A stretch of DNA of 43,288 nucleotides from an uncultured bacterium (GCA_902773015.1 CACYCW010000004.1:1-43288), one strand, 5' to 3'; positions 25,158-34,095 are shown, counted from the stretch's first letter. Made by a program: numbers and translations. Notes: generated by a model not told the origin, from the sequence alone.

Positions 25158-25229
25158 TATGATGGTGCCTTTCTGATTTTCGTTTCCTGTTTTTGAAATG
25201 GAACTCCGTCTGGGGTGCTTGCGGGCGCG

Positions 25230-26243
25230 TCACAGCGCAGGCCGCAGGATCATGTTGCGATAGTCCGCATCCGCATGATCGCCCTGAAGGTAGATCGGCC
25301 CGGGCGCGTCGATGTCCGCATCAATTGCTCCTCCCGTGACGCCCGTGATCTCGGCGTCCTCGATGATCGTCGTGCCGTTGAGCACCACCGTCAGCCGACG
25401 GCGGTAGATGGTGACGGAGACGTGCTGCCATTCGCCCGGCGCCTTCTCCGCCGCCACGATCGGCGTCACTCGACCATAGTAGGCCGCCATGCTGTGGCAG
25501 TCCACCGGCTTCCCGTAGCTGTCCACCACCTGGCACTCGAACCGTCCGCGCAGGTACACGCCGGAATTGGAGCCCTTCGGCACCCGCACGTCATACTCGA
25601 GCTTGAAGTCGCCGAAGTCGCCGCGCTTCGTGCGGAGATTCGCCCCTCCATGAACCCACGACCCGTCTTGCTTCAGCCCGAGCGCATTGGAGAGCACGCC
25701 GTTCTTGAACGTCCAGGCGAACTTGGACTTCGGGTCCATTGTCTCCCAGCCCGCGAGCCCGTCCGCGAGCAGATCGATCGGCTCGCCCAGCCGTGCGTCC
25801 TTAGTGGAGGCGAACGGACACGACGGACGATTGCGCCAGCCGGAGAAGGGTCTGAAGTCGCCCTTCGCGACACCCGTCTTCCTGTCGCATGGGGCGAGTT
25901 CGCCCGACAACTTGCAACCCTTGACCGTGCCGCGGATGAGATGGCCGGCAGGATGGCGGAACGAGAACTTGTCGCCTTCGACCTTGACGTCGGAGCACCA
26001 CTCAGGAGATCCCCAGCGGCACAGGACGAACGCCCGGGGCACGCCGTTCTCATCGCGCGAGAAGATGAAACTCCCTGCGTACTTGTCCTCGAACGGCAGC
26101 TTCACGCTCCAGTTGCCGATCACCGGGTCGATGCTCCGCTGATCGGAACGGGAGGCCGCGACACCGCACGCGCCACCGCCGCAGCAGCAGCCTGAGACCA
26201 GCGCGGCGACCGCCGCCCCCATTAGAATTCCACGACTGTTCAT
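25230..26243 (-). CDS. DUF1080 (3-keto-disaccharide hydrolase family) lipoprotein
   Basis: Lipobox LVSGC followed by CCGGGACG. The C-terminal half is a concanavalin-like module: GFWTFKNGVL-type segment (WTFKNGVLSN), FKLEYDVRVPKGSNSGVYLRGRFECQVVDSYG, WQHVSVTIYRRRLTVVLNG and PIYLQGDHADADYRNMILRP. Confidence 0.8.
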   Translation of the reverse strand: MNSRGILMGAAVAALVSGCCCGGGACGVAASRSDQRSIDPVIGNWSVKLPFEDKYAGSFIFSRDENGVPRAFVLCRWGSPEWCSDVKVEGDKFSFRHPAGHLIRGTVKGCKLSGELAPCDRKTGVAKGDFRPFSGWRNRPSCPFASTKDARLGEPIDLLADGLAGWETMDPKSKFAWTFKNGVLSNALGLKQDGSWVHGGANLRTKRGDFGDFKLEYDVRVPKGSNSGVYLRGRFECQVVDSYGKPVDCHSMAAYYGRVTPIVAAEKAPGEWQHVSVTIYRRRLTVVLNGTTIIEDAEITGVTGGAIDADIDAPGPIYLQGDHADADYRNMILRPAL

Positions 26244-26277
26244 CTTACTGTCTTCCTCAGTGGATTGGATTGCCCTG

Positions 26278-27642
26278 TCAGCTCCTCAGGTACGCGCTAT
26301 AGGCGCGGTAGGTCTGATAGCAGTCGAACTTCGAGACGATCTCCCACGGCGCGTGCATGTTCCACATCGGCGTGCCGAAATCGAGCACCTTCATGCCGAA
26401 GCGGGCCATGTATTGGGAGATCGTGCCGCCGCCACCCTTCTCCATCTTGCCGAGCTCGGCCATCTGCCACGTCACCTTCTCTGCGTCCATGATCCGCCGG
26501 ATCTCGGCAACGAACTCGGGCGAGCAGTCGCTCGCGCCGCCCTTCGTCGTACCGCCCGTGTACTTCGAGGCGGCCGGCCCCTTGTGGAGACGCGCCTCGT
26601 TGCCGGTCGAGTCGACATCGGGAAAGTGCGGGTCGGCCGCGGCCGTGACATCCGCCGAGAGCATCGTCGAGCGCTCAAGCGCACGGCGCACGAGGATGTC
26701 GCGCGCGCGTCGCTCCTGGCGCTCGATGAGCTCGGCGACGGTGTTCTCGAAGAACGAGCTCTGCATGCCCGTCGATCCCATCGAGCCGATTTCCTCCTTG
26801 TCGCACATCAGGATCGAGGCCGTCACCGCCGACGACTCGCCCGCGGCGTCGATCAGCGCCTGGAGCCCCGCGAAGGAGCAGACGCGATCGTCATGGCCGT
26901 AGCCGGTGATGAGTGCGCGATCGAACCCGACATAGCGCGGCATCCCCGCCGGCACGATTTCCAGCTCGGCGCTCAGGAGATCCTCCTCGCTCACCTTGTA
27001 TGTCCGCTTGAGATACCTGACGAGCAGATTTCGGGGAGCCTTCGCGTCCTTCACGCCACGTCCCCCATCCATCGTCTCCCCCGTCGACCAGCAGACGGGA
27101 TCCAGATCCTCCGCAGGGAAGAACTCGTCGCGCTTCTTCTGCGCCTGGTCCTTCCCGAGATGCGGAAGGATGTCGGAGATCATGAAGACGGGATCGCCCG
27201 GATTGTCCCCAACGGCGACCTGCACCTTGCTGCCATCGGTACGCACGATCGTGCCGTAGAGCGCCAGCGGCAGGGTGAGCCACTGGTACTTCTTGATGCC
27301 ACCGTAGATATGGCAGTCGAAATAGACGCACCCGCCCTTCTCGTAGAGGGGTTTCGGCTTGAGGTCAAGACGAGGCGCATCCGTGTGCCCGCCGACGACC
27401 TTGAGACCGACAGTGGCAACTGGACGTCTGCCGATTACCGCCGCCATGACCGTGCGATCCTCGTAGCCGCGATAGACACGGTCGCCCGGCTTGAGCGTCG
27501 TGAATTCCGACAGCTCCCGAAACCCCTTCGCGCGCAGGAGCCGCACGCTCTCCGCATAGCTGCGCCGCGCCGTCTTGGCGATGCCAAGATAGCGCATATA
27601 CTCCTCGCAATAACTCTCCAAAGATCTATACTTCCGCTTCAT
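26278..27642 (-). CDS. M18-family aminopeptidase (aminopeptidase 1 type)
   Basis: 454 aa. GLKVVGGHTDAPRLDLKPKPLYE, YGGIKKYQWLTLPLALYG, SASILMCDKEEIGSMGSTG and GTPMWNMHAPWE are M18 (aspartyl-aminopeptidase-like) motifs. Confidence 0.88.
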   Translation of the reverse strand: MKRKYRSLESYCEEYMRYLGIAKTARRSYAESVRLLRAKGFRELSEFTTLKPGDRVYRGYEDRTVMAAVIGRRPVATVGLKVVGGHTDAPRLDLKPKPLYEKGGCVYFDCHIYGGIKKYQWLTLPLALYGTIVRTDGSKVQVAVGDNPGDPVFMISDILPHLGKDQAQKKRDEFFPAEDLDPVCWSTGETMDGGRGVKDAKAPRNLLVRYLKRTYKVSEEDLLSAELEIVPAGMPRYVGFDRALITGYGHDDRVCSFAGLQALIDAAGESSAVTASILMCDKEEIGSMGSTGMQSSFFENTVAELIERQERRARDILVRRALERSTMLSADVTAAADPHFPDVDSTGNEARLHKGPAASKYTGGTTKGGASDCSPEFVAEIRRIMDAEKVTWQMAELGKMEKGGGGTISQYMARFGMKVLDFGTPMWNMHAPWEIVSKFDCYQTYRAYSAYLRS

Positions 27643-27650
27643 AGGTTCGT

Positions 27651-27659
27651 ATTATATCA
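27651..27659 (-). promoter_or_regulatory. Extended -10 element TGATATAAT 8 nt upstream of the M18 aminopeptidase ATG
   Basis: Minus strand reads GTGATATAAT ACGAACCT ATG AAG CGG. There is no convincing -35, which an extended -10 does not need. Confidence 0.5.
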
Positions 27660-27687
27660 CATTCTGGGCAGAAAAGTCTTCCGCAAG

Positions 27688-29688
27688 TTACCAGTACCGG
27701 CCGGCCGTGAGGAAGAGGCAGCAGGGGATGCCGCGAAGCGCGACCTTGTGATCCTCCCAGACGCCTTTCTTCGGCGGACCGATGCGCATCGTCCAGAGTC
27801 CGGTCTGCGGCTTCGGCTGGCAGCGGTCGAAATCTGCGATGACATCCGCACGCCAGACGGAGACTCCCTGAGGATCGATGACCTCCGCGGAGAAAGTCTC
27901 GGCGCCTTCGCTAATGAATTGGCATTCGAACGGCACATTCTCCGTCACGCGGAAGATGAGATCGTCAGGGCCCGGAAAGCGCTTGCGATCCGAACGCTTG
28001 GGCGCGACGAGCGGGATGTCTCCCTTGAATGCGTGGAGAGCCACGGGAACATCCGCCGCGACCAATGCGAGCCCATTGCCGCCCGTCGAGAAGTCGATAT
28101 CGTAGAATCCCGCCTTGGGCGCCACAAAGGTGAGAACGCAGCCCTCCTCCGCCTGCGGTGCCTCAAATCGGGCCAGACAACGACGGTTGCCGTGCGCACA
28201 GATATCGATCGGCTTCATGTTCGAGTACTTCCCCTTGCCGATCAGCGTCTGGACGAAGTGAAAATGCACCTCGCCCGGGCGCGCCGCATGGAACACGTAG
28301 TAGCGAGCCTGGTGCCCGCGCACGAAGACAGGCGCACATGGCAGCATTTGTCCGGGCGCCTTGTCCGTCACCTTCGCGCCCTTCAGGTTCATCTGGACGC
28401 GAGGCAGCGTAGGCAGGATCAAGGATTTTGGCACGGAAGTGAACGGGAAGTTCGCATTGCGCCAGGCCTCGTCGAGAACCTGCTTCTCGACACGACCGGC
28501 CGTCTCCACCCGAAGCTCGCCGTCCACGCGCGTCGGCCGACCGACGTAAGGAGTGTCGCGACGCGACCAGGAAATCGCGGGGCGATCGACGGCGCGTCGC
28601 ACAGTGACATTCGTGAAGGTGAAGAAGTCCGGCTCGTTGTAGACGTGCCCGGAGACGGAGATATGGATGTCAGACGTCTCCTGACGCTGCTGACAGCTGT
28701 CCTCGATCACGACGTTCTCGAACGCCACGCCGCCAGTGCAGTTGGCGCGGCGACGAAGGGAGATGCCGTCGCCAGCACGCGCCAGCAGGCAGTTCCGGAG
28801 GACGATCGTTCCAGCGTCCTTGGGGACATCCACGTTCGTTGTGCCGGTGGCATAGCGAAGCGAGCTCTTGCCACTGTCCATCACGCGGCAGTCCTCAACG
28901 CGAATGGAGATGGGATCCGAATCGCCGGTGAAGTTCTGGTGGGCGACAAGTATGCCGCAGCCCTCGTTGCCCGAGATGAGACAGCGCCGCAGCACGATGT
29001 TCTTGAGGGGCTCCCAGTCGTGGTTCGGCTCGAAGTCGATGCCGGCCGCCGGAGGGGTGCCCTTCGTGTTCGTGAGCCGCGTGTCCTCGACGAGGAACCC
29101 GTCCGCCGCGATCACGGAGATGCCCTGGCGGTAGTTGCGGTCGAAAAGGCAGTTGCGCACCGTGACATTGCGGGTCGGGAGGCCGCTGAGCATCGCCAGG
29201 TAGAGCCCGTCGCCGCCACTCTCGGTAAAGCCCACGCCCTCGAGGGTGACGTTCACGCACGCGCGGAGCGCGAGGGCGTGCCGCCACTCGCTCCAGGCGT
29301 ACTTGGATCGATCGTCGTAGTCGTCACGCCACATCCGGAGCCCGCAGGCGTCACCGCCGGGACCGCGGAGAACGATATTCGTGCAGCAACGAAACTCGAG
29401 CAGGATGGAGGCGATGGGATGGAACTCGCCGCGTTTCGCCCGGATGTAGGCGCCCTTCTCGAAGACGATCGTCATGTTCGACCGACTGCCTTTGAGCGGG
29501 CGGGAGTACCACGGCCCCTGCTGCGCGTCGATGATGATCTCGGGCAGACCCGAGTCCAGCGCAGCCTGGAGGCTGGCCGTCGCGTCAACCGGATCGTATC
29601 CGAAGCGCTCGGAGACCTTCACGCCACCCGCGACCAGCGTGCCGACCGCGAACAGCGACACGAGGAGAGAGCTCACGAGCCTCTTCAT
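27688..29688 (-). CDS. Secreted right-handed parallel beta-helix (pectate-lyase-fold) protein
   Basis: Signal peptide MKRLVSSLLVSLFAVGTLVAG. It has repeated NxxxxNC/GxGI coils: TNIVLRG, NVTLEGVGFTESGGDGLYL, NVTVRNCLFDRNYRQGISV, IVLRRCLISGNEGCGILV. ATG at 29686-29688 with GGAG 8 nt upstream. Confidence 0.8.
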   Translation of the reverse strand: MKRLVSSLLVSLFAVGTLVAGGVKVSERFGYDPVDATASLQAALDSGLPEIIIDAQQGPWYSRPLKGSRSNMTIVFEKGAYIRAKRGEFHPIASILLEFRCCTNIVLRGPGGDACGLRMWRDDYDDRSKYAWSEWRHALALRACVNVTLEGVGFTESGGDGLYLAMLSGLPTRNVTVRNCLFDRNYRQGISVIAADGFLVEDTRLTNTKGTPPAAGIDFEPNHDWEPLKNIVLRRCLISGNEGCGILVAHQNFTGDSDPISIRVEDCRVMDSGKSSLRYATGTTNVDVPKDAGTIVLRNCLLARAGDGISLRRRANCTGGVAFENVVIEDSCQQRQETSDIHISVSGHVYNEPDFFTFTNVTVRRAVDRPAISWSRRDTPYVGRPTRVDGELRVETAGRVEKQVLDEAWRNANFPFTSVPKSLILPTLPRVQMNLKGAKVTDKAPGQMLPCAPVFVRGHQARYYVFHAARPGEVHFHFVQTLIGKGKYSNMKPIDICAHGNRRCLARFEAPQAEEGCVLTFVAPKAGFYDIDFSTGGNGLALVAADVPVALHAFKGDIPLVAPKRSDRKRFPGPDDLIFRVTENVPFECQFISEGAETFSAEVIDPQGVSVWRADVIADFDRCQPKPQTGLWTMRIGPPKKGVWEDHKVALRGIPCCLFLTAGRYW

Positions 29689-29693
29689 CCCGA

Positions 29694-30194
29694 TCACTCC
29701 GCAATGCTGACACGGCGAATCAGGACCGCCTCCGACGGGACGTTCTCATGCTGGCCGAAGGACCCGATCTTCACTTTCGCGATCTCATCGACGACCGAGA
29801 GCCCGTCCGTCACCTCGCCGAAAACCGCGTACCCGAAGCCCTGCGGGGTCGGCTCGCGGAAGTCGAGGAAGTCGTTGTCCACGAGATTGATGAAGAACTG
29901 GCTCGTCGCCGAGTCGACGACCATTGTGCGCGCCATCGCGATGGTGCCGCGGCGGTTGCGCAGTCCGTTCTGCGCCTCGTTGCGGATCGGCGCGCGGGTC
30001 GGCTTCTGGTTCATGTCCTTCGTGAAGCCGCCGCCCTGGATCATGAACCCGTCGATGACGCGGTGGAAGATCGTGCCGTCGTAGTGGCCGTCCTTCGCGT
30101 AGGCGACGAAGTTCGCGACCGTCTCCGGCGCGCGCTCGTCGTCAAGGGCCAGCGTGATAGTGCCCTTGGATGTCTCAATGATTGCAGTCTTCAT
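29694..30194 (-). CDS. ppiB: Peptidyl-prolyl cis-trans isomerase, cyclophilin type (cytoplasmic)
   Basis: TLALDDERAPETVANFVAYAKDGHYDGTIFHRVIDGFMIQGGGF...MARTMVVDSATSQFFINL. No signal peptide. The start overlaps the gatA 3' end by 20 nt. Confidence 0.93.
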   Translation of the reverse strand: MKTAIIETSKGTITLALDDERAPETVANFVAYAKDGHYDGTIFHRVIDGFMIQGGGFTKDMNQKPTRAPIRNEAQNGLRNRRGTIAMARTMVVDSATSQFFINLVDNDFLDFREPTPQGFGYAVFGEVTDGLSVVDEIAKVKIGSFGQHENVPSEAVLIRRVSIAE

Positions 30195-31581
30195 AGGCCT
30201 TGCTCACTTTCAGGAGTTTCTCCTCCTCGAAGCCGCCGCAGATGAACTGCACGCCGACGGGGAGGTGGGTGTCGCGTGTGAAACCCGCCGGCACCGACGA
30301 GGCGCAGACGCCCGCCAGTGCGGAGGGAATGGTGTAGAGGTCGTTGAGGTACATCGTCAGCGGGTCCTGGTGGGCGCCGAAGGCGAAGGCGGGGGTCGGC
30401 GCGCAGGGCGTCACCAGCGCGTCCACCTTCTCGAACGCCGCGTCGAAGTCGCGCTTGATGAGCGTGCGCACGCGCTGCGCCCGCCCGTAGTAGGCGTCGT
30501 AGTAGCCCGAAGAGAGCACGTAGGTGCCCATGATGATGCGCCGCTTCACCTCGGGGCCGAACCCCTCGGCGCGGCTCTTCGTGTAGAGCGAGAAGACATC
30601 CGTCGCCTGTGCGCTGCGGTGCCCGTAACGGACGCCGTCGAAACGCGCGAGATTGGCGCTTGCCTCAGCCGGCGCGATGATGTAGTAGACCGCCATCGCA
30701 TACTCGGTGTGCGGAAGCGACACCTCGACGAGTTCCGCTCCCGCCGCCTCGCAGGCGCGGATCGCCTCGTCGGTGATTCGCTTCACCTCCGGGTCCATGC
30801 CCGTCACCTCCAGGTACTCCTTCGCCAGCCCGAGGCGCACGCCCTTCATCGTCGCGCCCGCAAGTGCGGCCGCATAGTCCGGCACCGGGACGTCGGGCGT
30901 CGTGCCGTCCATCTCGTCGTGCCCGGCGAGGGCCTTGAGGAGGATCGCCGCGTCCTCGACCGACTTCGTCATCGGCCCCACCTGGTCAAGGGACGAGGCG
31001 AACGCCGTCACGCCGTAGCGGCTGACGCGCCCATAGCTCGGTTTCACGCCGACGCAGTTGCAGAAACTCGCAGGCTGGCGGATGGAGCCGCCCGTATCCG
31101 ACCCGAGCGCGGCGATCGCGAGATTCCCGCCGACCGCCGCGGCACTGCCGCCCGAGGATCCGCCCGGCACGCGCGTGAGGTCGTATGGGTTTCGCGTCAC
31201 CCCGAGGCCCGAGTTCTCCGTCGAGGAGCCCATCGCGAACTCGTCCATGTTGACGCGTCCGGCGGGGATGAATCCGTTCGCCTTCAGGTTGCGGATGACC
31301 GTCGCGTCGTAGGGCGAGACGTAGCCCTTCAGGATCTTCGAGGCGCAGGTGCAGGGCTGGCCCGCGACATTTATGAGGTCCTTGATCGCGATCGGCACCG
31401 CCTTCGGGTTCTCGTGCGCGAGGCGCAGCGCGCCCTCCTCGTCAAAGGTGAGGTAGGCGCCGATCTCCCCGTTCCGCTCATGGTAGCGGGCGATGATCGA
31501 CTCGACGAGATCCGCGCTCGTGAACTCGCCCTTCGCGAGTCCCTCCTGCGCCGCCTTGATTCCCAATTCGTATAAAGGCAT
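30175..31581 (-). CDS. gatA: Glutamyl-tRNA(Gln) amidotransferase subunit A
   Basis: Amidase signature GGSSGGSAAAV, IAIKDLINVAGQPCTCASKIL and NMDEFAMGSSTENS. 468 aa. Confidence 0.93.
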   Translation of the reverse strand: MPLYELGIKAAQEGLAKGEFTSADLVESIIARYHERNGEIGAYLTFDEEGALRLAHENPKAVPIAIKDLINVAGQPCTCASKILKGYVSPYDATVIRNLKANGFIPAGRVNMDEFAMGSSTENSGLGVTRNPYDLTRVPGGSSGGSAAAVGGNLAIAALGSDTGGSIRQPASFCNCVGVKPSYGRVSRYGVTAFASSLDQVGPMTKSVEDAAILLKALAGHDEMDGTTPDVPVPDYAAALAGATMKGVRLGLAKEYLEVTGMDPEVKRITDEAIRACEAAGAELVEVSLPHTEYAMAVYYIIAPAEASANLARFDGVRYGHRSAQATDVFSLYTKSRAEGFGPEVKRRIIMGTYVLSSGYYDAYYGRAQRVRTLIKRDFDAAFEKVDALVTPCAPTPAFAFGAHQDPLTMYLNDLYTIPSALAGVCASSVPAGFTRDTHLPVGVQFICGGFEEEKLLKVSKAYEDCNH

Positions 31582-31582
31582 C

Positions 31583-31606
31583 GGTTTGAGAGGTTTGAGA
31601 GGTTTA
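31583..31606. repeat. Tandem 9-mer GGTTTGAGA x2 plus GGTTTA, immediately 5' of the gatA ATG (mRNA sense: ACCUCUCAA repeats)
   Basis: Plus strand reads cat c GGTTTGAGA GGTTTGAGA GGTTTA tttag. The mRNA-sense leader has a single G in ~28 nt and no Shine-Dalgarno sequence. Confidence 0.7.
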
Positions 31607-31648
31607 TTTAGAAGCGCGAGGCAATTTACGACCTTATTAATCCCTCAA

Positions 31649-31939
31649 TCAGCTGTCGGCGCCCTCGACGATCTTGGGCAGGAGGAATTCGTCACCGACG
31701 CGCTGCGGGGCGTTGGCGAGGGCCGTCTCGACCGGCAGCGACTCGCGCACGATGTCCTCGCGGAAGGCGTTGACGATCTCGCGCCCGTGCATCATCGGCT
31801 CGACGCCCTCCACATCCACCGTCGAGATCTTCTCGACGTACCCGACGATGCTCTCGAGCTGCGGCTGGAAGACCGCCTTCTCCTCGTCGGTCAGCTCGAG
31901 CCGTGCCAGCTCGGCCACATAGGCAACGTCAATTTTCAT
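31649..31939 (-). CDS. gatC: Glutamyl-tRNA(Gln) amidotransferase subunit C
   Basis: MKIDVAYVAELARLELTDEEKAVFQPQLESIVGYVEKISTVDVEGVEP... is typical GatC (96 aa). Trimmed to the ATG at 31937-31939, 4 nt after the upstream stop. Confidence 0.9.
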   Translation of the reverse strand: MKIDVAYVAELARLELTDEEKAVFQPQLESIVGYVEKISTVDVEGVEPMMHGREIVNAFREDIVRESLPVETALANAPQRVGDEFLLPKIVEGADS

Positions 31940-31943
31940 GCAA

Positions 31944-33095
31944 TTACTTGACCCAGCAGGGGCTGATCCAGTTGCCGTCGGCGTGGAAGACCTGACGCGG
32001 CTTGTCGCCGCCCTCAAGCGTGTCGAGCACGAAGAGCGCCTTGTCGCGATTGGCGACGACATGGCGGTTGTCGCGCGCCCAGCTTGGATGCTCCCAGTGC
32101 GAGACATCGCTCACAAGCTGCGCCGAGGCGTCTCCCGACGCGGGGTTCATCACGGCCACCTGCGCACCGCCGCGCCGGGTGATGTAGACGATGCGTCCAT
32201 CCCTACCCCAGTCGGGATCGACGTTCTGCGAGCCCCTCGAGGTGAGGCGACGCTTCTGGCGCGTCGCGACGTCGATCACGTAGATCTGGGGGTAGCGCGT
32301 CTCGTTCGAGACATAGGCGATCTGCCGGCCGTCCGGGCTCCACACCGGCTGGCCCTCGCTCGCGTTCGGGGTGTTGGTGAGGCGGACGTACCGATCGCCC
32401 TGGAGGATGTAGAGCTCTGGGTTTCCCTGGAAGGAGAGTATCGCCGCGACACGCGAGCCGTCCGGCGAGACGGCGATGCCGGCCGGTGTGCCCCTGAAGC
32501 TCCAGCGGCGGTTGCGCACTCCGGTCGCCGTGTTCATCTCCCAGATCTGCGGCGCACCGTTGCGGTCGCTGATATAGAAGATCGACTCGCCGTCGTTCTT
32601 CCACCGGGGGAACACCGTCATCTTCGCGTCACTCGTCAGCTGGCGGATGTCATAGCCGTCGGGATAGCAGACGCAGATCTCGCCCGGCACGGCCACGCCC
32701 TTCGCCGGCTGCTTGCCGCGGTTGAGGAAGACGATCTTGTCGAGCGCGAAGCCCTTCTGCCGTCCGTAGGCCTCGCACATCGCGTTCGCGAGCTGCCGCG
32801 CCACGAAGCGCGCCGACTTGTCGTCCGCAAACGGCGTCGGCGCGTCCAGGGACTTGCCTGCGCCTTCGGCGCGGATCGCCCCGGGCGCGCCGGTGACTTT
32901 GATCGAGCCCGAGCTGCCGACGACGAAGAGCCCCGAGAGCTCGAGGTTCTTCTGGAGACACCGCGCGAACATCGGGTGGCTGACGCTCACCTGGACGGTG
33001 TACTTCTTGTTGCCGATGCCCGAGACATCGACGACTGTCGCGGCCCCCGCTGTCGCGAGAAGGACCAGACTGCAGATTGCAACGATTGATTTCAT
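31944..33095 (-). CDS. tolB: TolB-like periplasmic beta-propeller protein
   Basis: Signal peptide MKSIVAICSLVLLATAGA. Repeated PxWSPDG propeller blades: FPRWKNDGESIFYISDRNG, AVSPDGSRVAA, PVWSPDGRQIAYVSN, DPDWGRDGRIVYI, HPSWARDNRHV. No tolQRA or pal genes adjacent. Confidence 0.75.
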   Translation of the reverse strand: MKSIVAICSLVLLATAGAATVVDVSGIGNKKYTVQVSVSHPMFARCLQKNLELSGLFVVGSSGSIKVTGAPGAIRAEGAGKSLDAPTPFADDKSARFVARQLANAMCEAYGRQKGFALDKIVFLNRGKQPAKGVAVPGEICVCYPDGYDIRQLTSDAKMTVFPRWKNDGESIFYISDRNGAPQIWEMNTATGVRNRRWSFRGTPAGIAVSPDGSRVAAILSFQGNPELYILQGDRYVRLTNTPNASEGQPVWSPDGRQIAYVSNETRYPQIYVIDVATRQKRRLTSRGSQNVDPDWGRDGRIVYITRRGGAQVAVMNPASGDASAQLVSDVSHWEHPSWARDNRHVVANRDKALFVLDTLEGGDKPRQVFHADGNWISPCWVK

Positions 33096-33158
33096 TTTCA
33101 GCAGTTCCTTGATGGGTGGTTTGTGGAGTTGATCGGTTTGAAGAGATGGGGAGTGCAA

Positions 33159-34091
33159 CTAATCCGTGAACACGCGGCGGAAGACCCCGATCTCGCGCTT
33201 CACAGTCGCGGGAAGATCGGCGGTGTCGAACTTGTGCTCGAAGTGGACGATGTAGGGGACCTTCACGCCATTCGCGGCGAGGAGCCGATGCGCCTCGCCC
33301 CACGGGACGATGCCTTCGCCGGCCGGGACCATCGCCTTGCGGACCTTCCGTGCGTCCTTCGGGTCGGGGCGGTAGTGGAAGTCCTTGAGGTCGACGGCGG
33401 CGATCCAGGGGGCGATGAGCTCGAGCCCGTGCGACCAGGAGAGGCTCGTCTCGAAGAACGCGTGCATCGGGTCGTACTCCACGCCCACGAGACGGGGATC
33501 GAGATCGCGAATGCACTCGTGGATGTCCCAGATGACGCCGCCGAAGACGCTCGGCCCCCAGGAGGAATGGTTCTGGTAGGCCATGCGCACGCCGGTGCGC
33601 TCCGCCAGGTCCGCAAACCAGGCGAAGCCGCGGCGGAAGCGATCGAGCGACTGGCGGAAGGACTCCCTCTTCGCGTCGTAGAAGAAGTAGGCCGGACGCT
33701 GATGGACGATGCCGCAGTCCGCAGCGACCTTCAGGACCTCCTCGGCATTCGCATCGCCCGGCTTCAGGTCCGTGCAGATGGTTCGGTTGCGAAGGCCGAA
33801 GCTCTCGGCGATGCGGCAGAGTCGCGGCAGCTCCGTCCGCGCCGCGGACGGCTCGACATGTCCCTTCGGACGCACCGTCCACTGGATGCCGTCGAAGCCC
33901 GCGCCACTCATGAGCGCGCAGAGCTCCTCGGGCGACTTCGTCACCGGCGGCTGGAACATCTTCGAGAAGACGTGCCACTCGCCGGCACCAGTTCCCGCCG
34001 CCGGACAGGCCGACGATCCGACACCCGTGGTGCACCCGGCGAGCGCAATTGCGCTCCCTGCGACGAATGCGCGCCTATCAATGCCCGTCAA
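33159..34091 (-). CDS. Tat-signal xylose-isomerase-like TIM-barrel protein
   Basis: (M)TGIDRRAFVAGSAIALAGC, then FDGIQWTVR, NRTICTDL, VRMAYQNH and VPYIVHFEHKF. The likely start is TTG at 34089-34091, 4 nt after the upstream stop. The track start at 34190 would overlap the upstream gene by 95 nt. Confidence 0.75.
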   Translation of the reverse strand: MTGIDRRAFVAGSAIALAGCTTGVGSSACPAAGTGAGEWHVFSKMFQPPVTKSPEELCALMSGAGFDGIQWTVRPKGHVEPSAARTELPRLCRIAESFGLRNRTICTDLKPGDANAEEVLKVAADCGIVHQRPAYFFYDAKRESFRQSLDRFRRGFAWFADLAERTGVRMAYQNHSSWGPSVFGGVIWDIHECIRDLDPRLVGVEYDPMHAFFETSLSWSHGLELIAPWIAAVDLKDFHYRPDPKDARKVRKAMVPAGEGIVPWGEAHRLLAANGVKVPYIVHFEHKFDTADLPATVKREIGVFRRVFTD

Positions 34092-34095
34092 CCGC

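Noticed and set aside
25158-25229. CATAAT immediately upstream of the Gfo/Idh/MocA start (CATAAT-GAAC-ATG) might be another leaderless promoter.
   Set aside because: There is no TG extension, no -35 at 17-18 nt, and only 4 nt to the second ATG. It does not match the two well-defined promoter classes seen elsewhere.
26260-30084. A 1274-aa uninterrupted plus-strand ORF spanning the antisense of the M18 aminopeptidase, beta-helix and ppiB genes. Similar long plus-strand ORFs lie at 2447-4888, 17919-19436, 23613-25133, 25215-26195, 33709-35538 and 40454-41794.
   Set aside because: These are shadow ORFs typical of GC-rich DNA, where stop codons are rare opposite GC3-rich genes. The products are Arg/Ala/Gly/Asp/Leu-rich low-complexity strings with no recognisable motifs. 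Each overlaps minus-strand genes that have strong family signatures. Some cross intergenic regions without any start or SD context.
31583-31606. The tandem repeats might be a CRISPR or other repeat array.
   Set aside because: There are only 2.5 copies of a 9-mer with no spacers. This is not CRISPR-like, and no cas genes are present.
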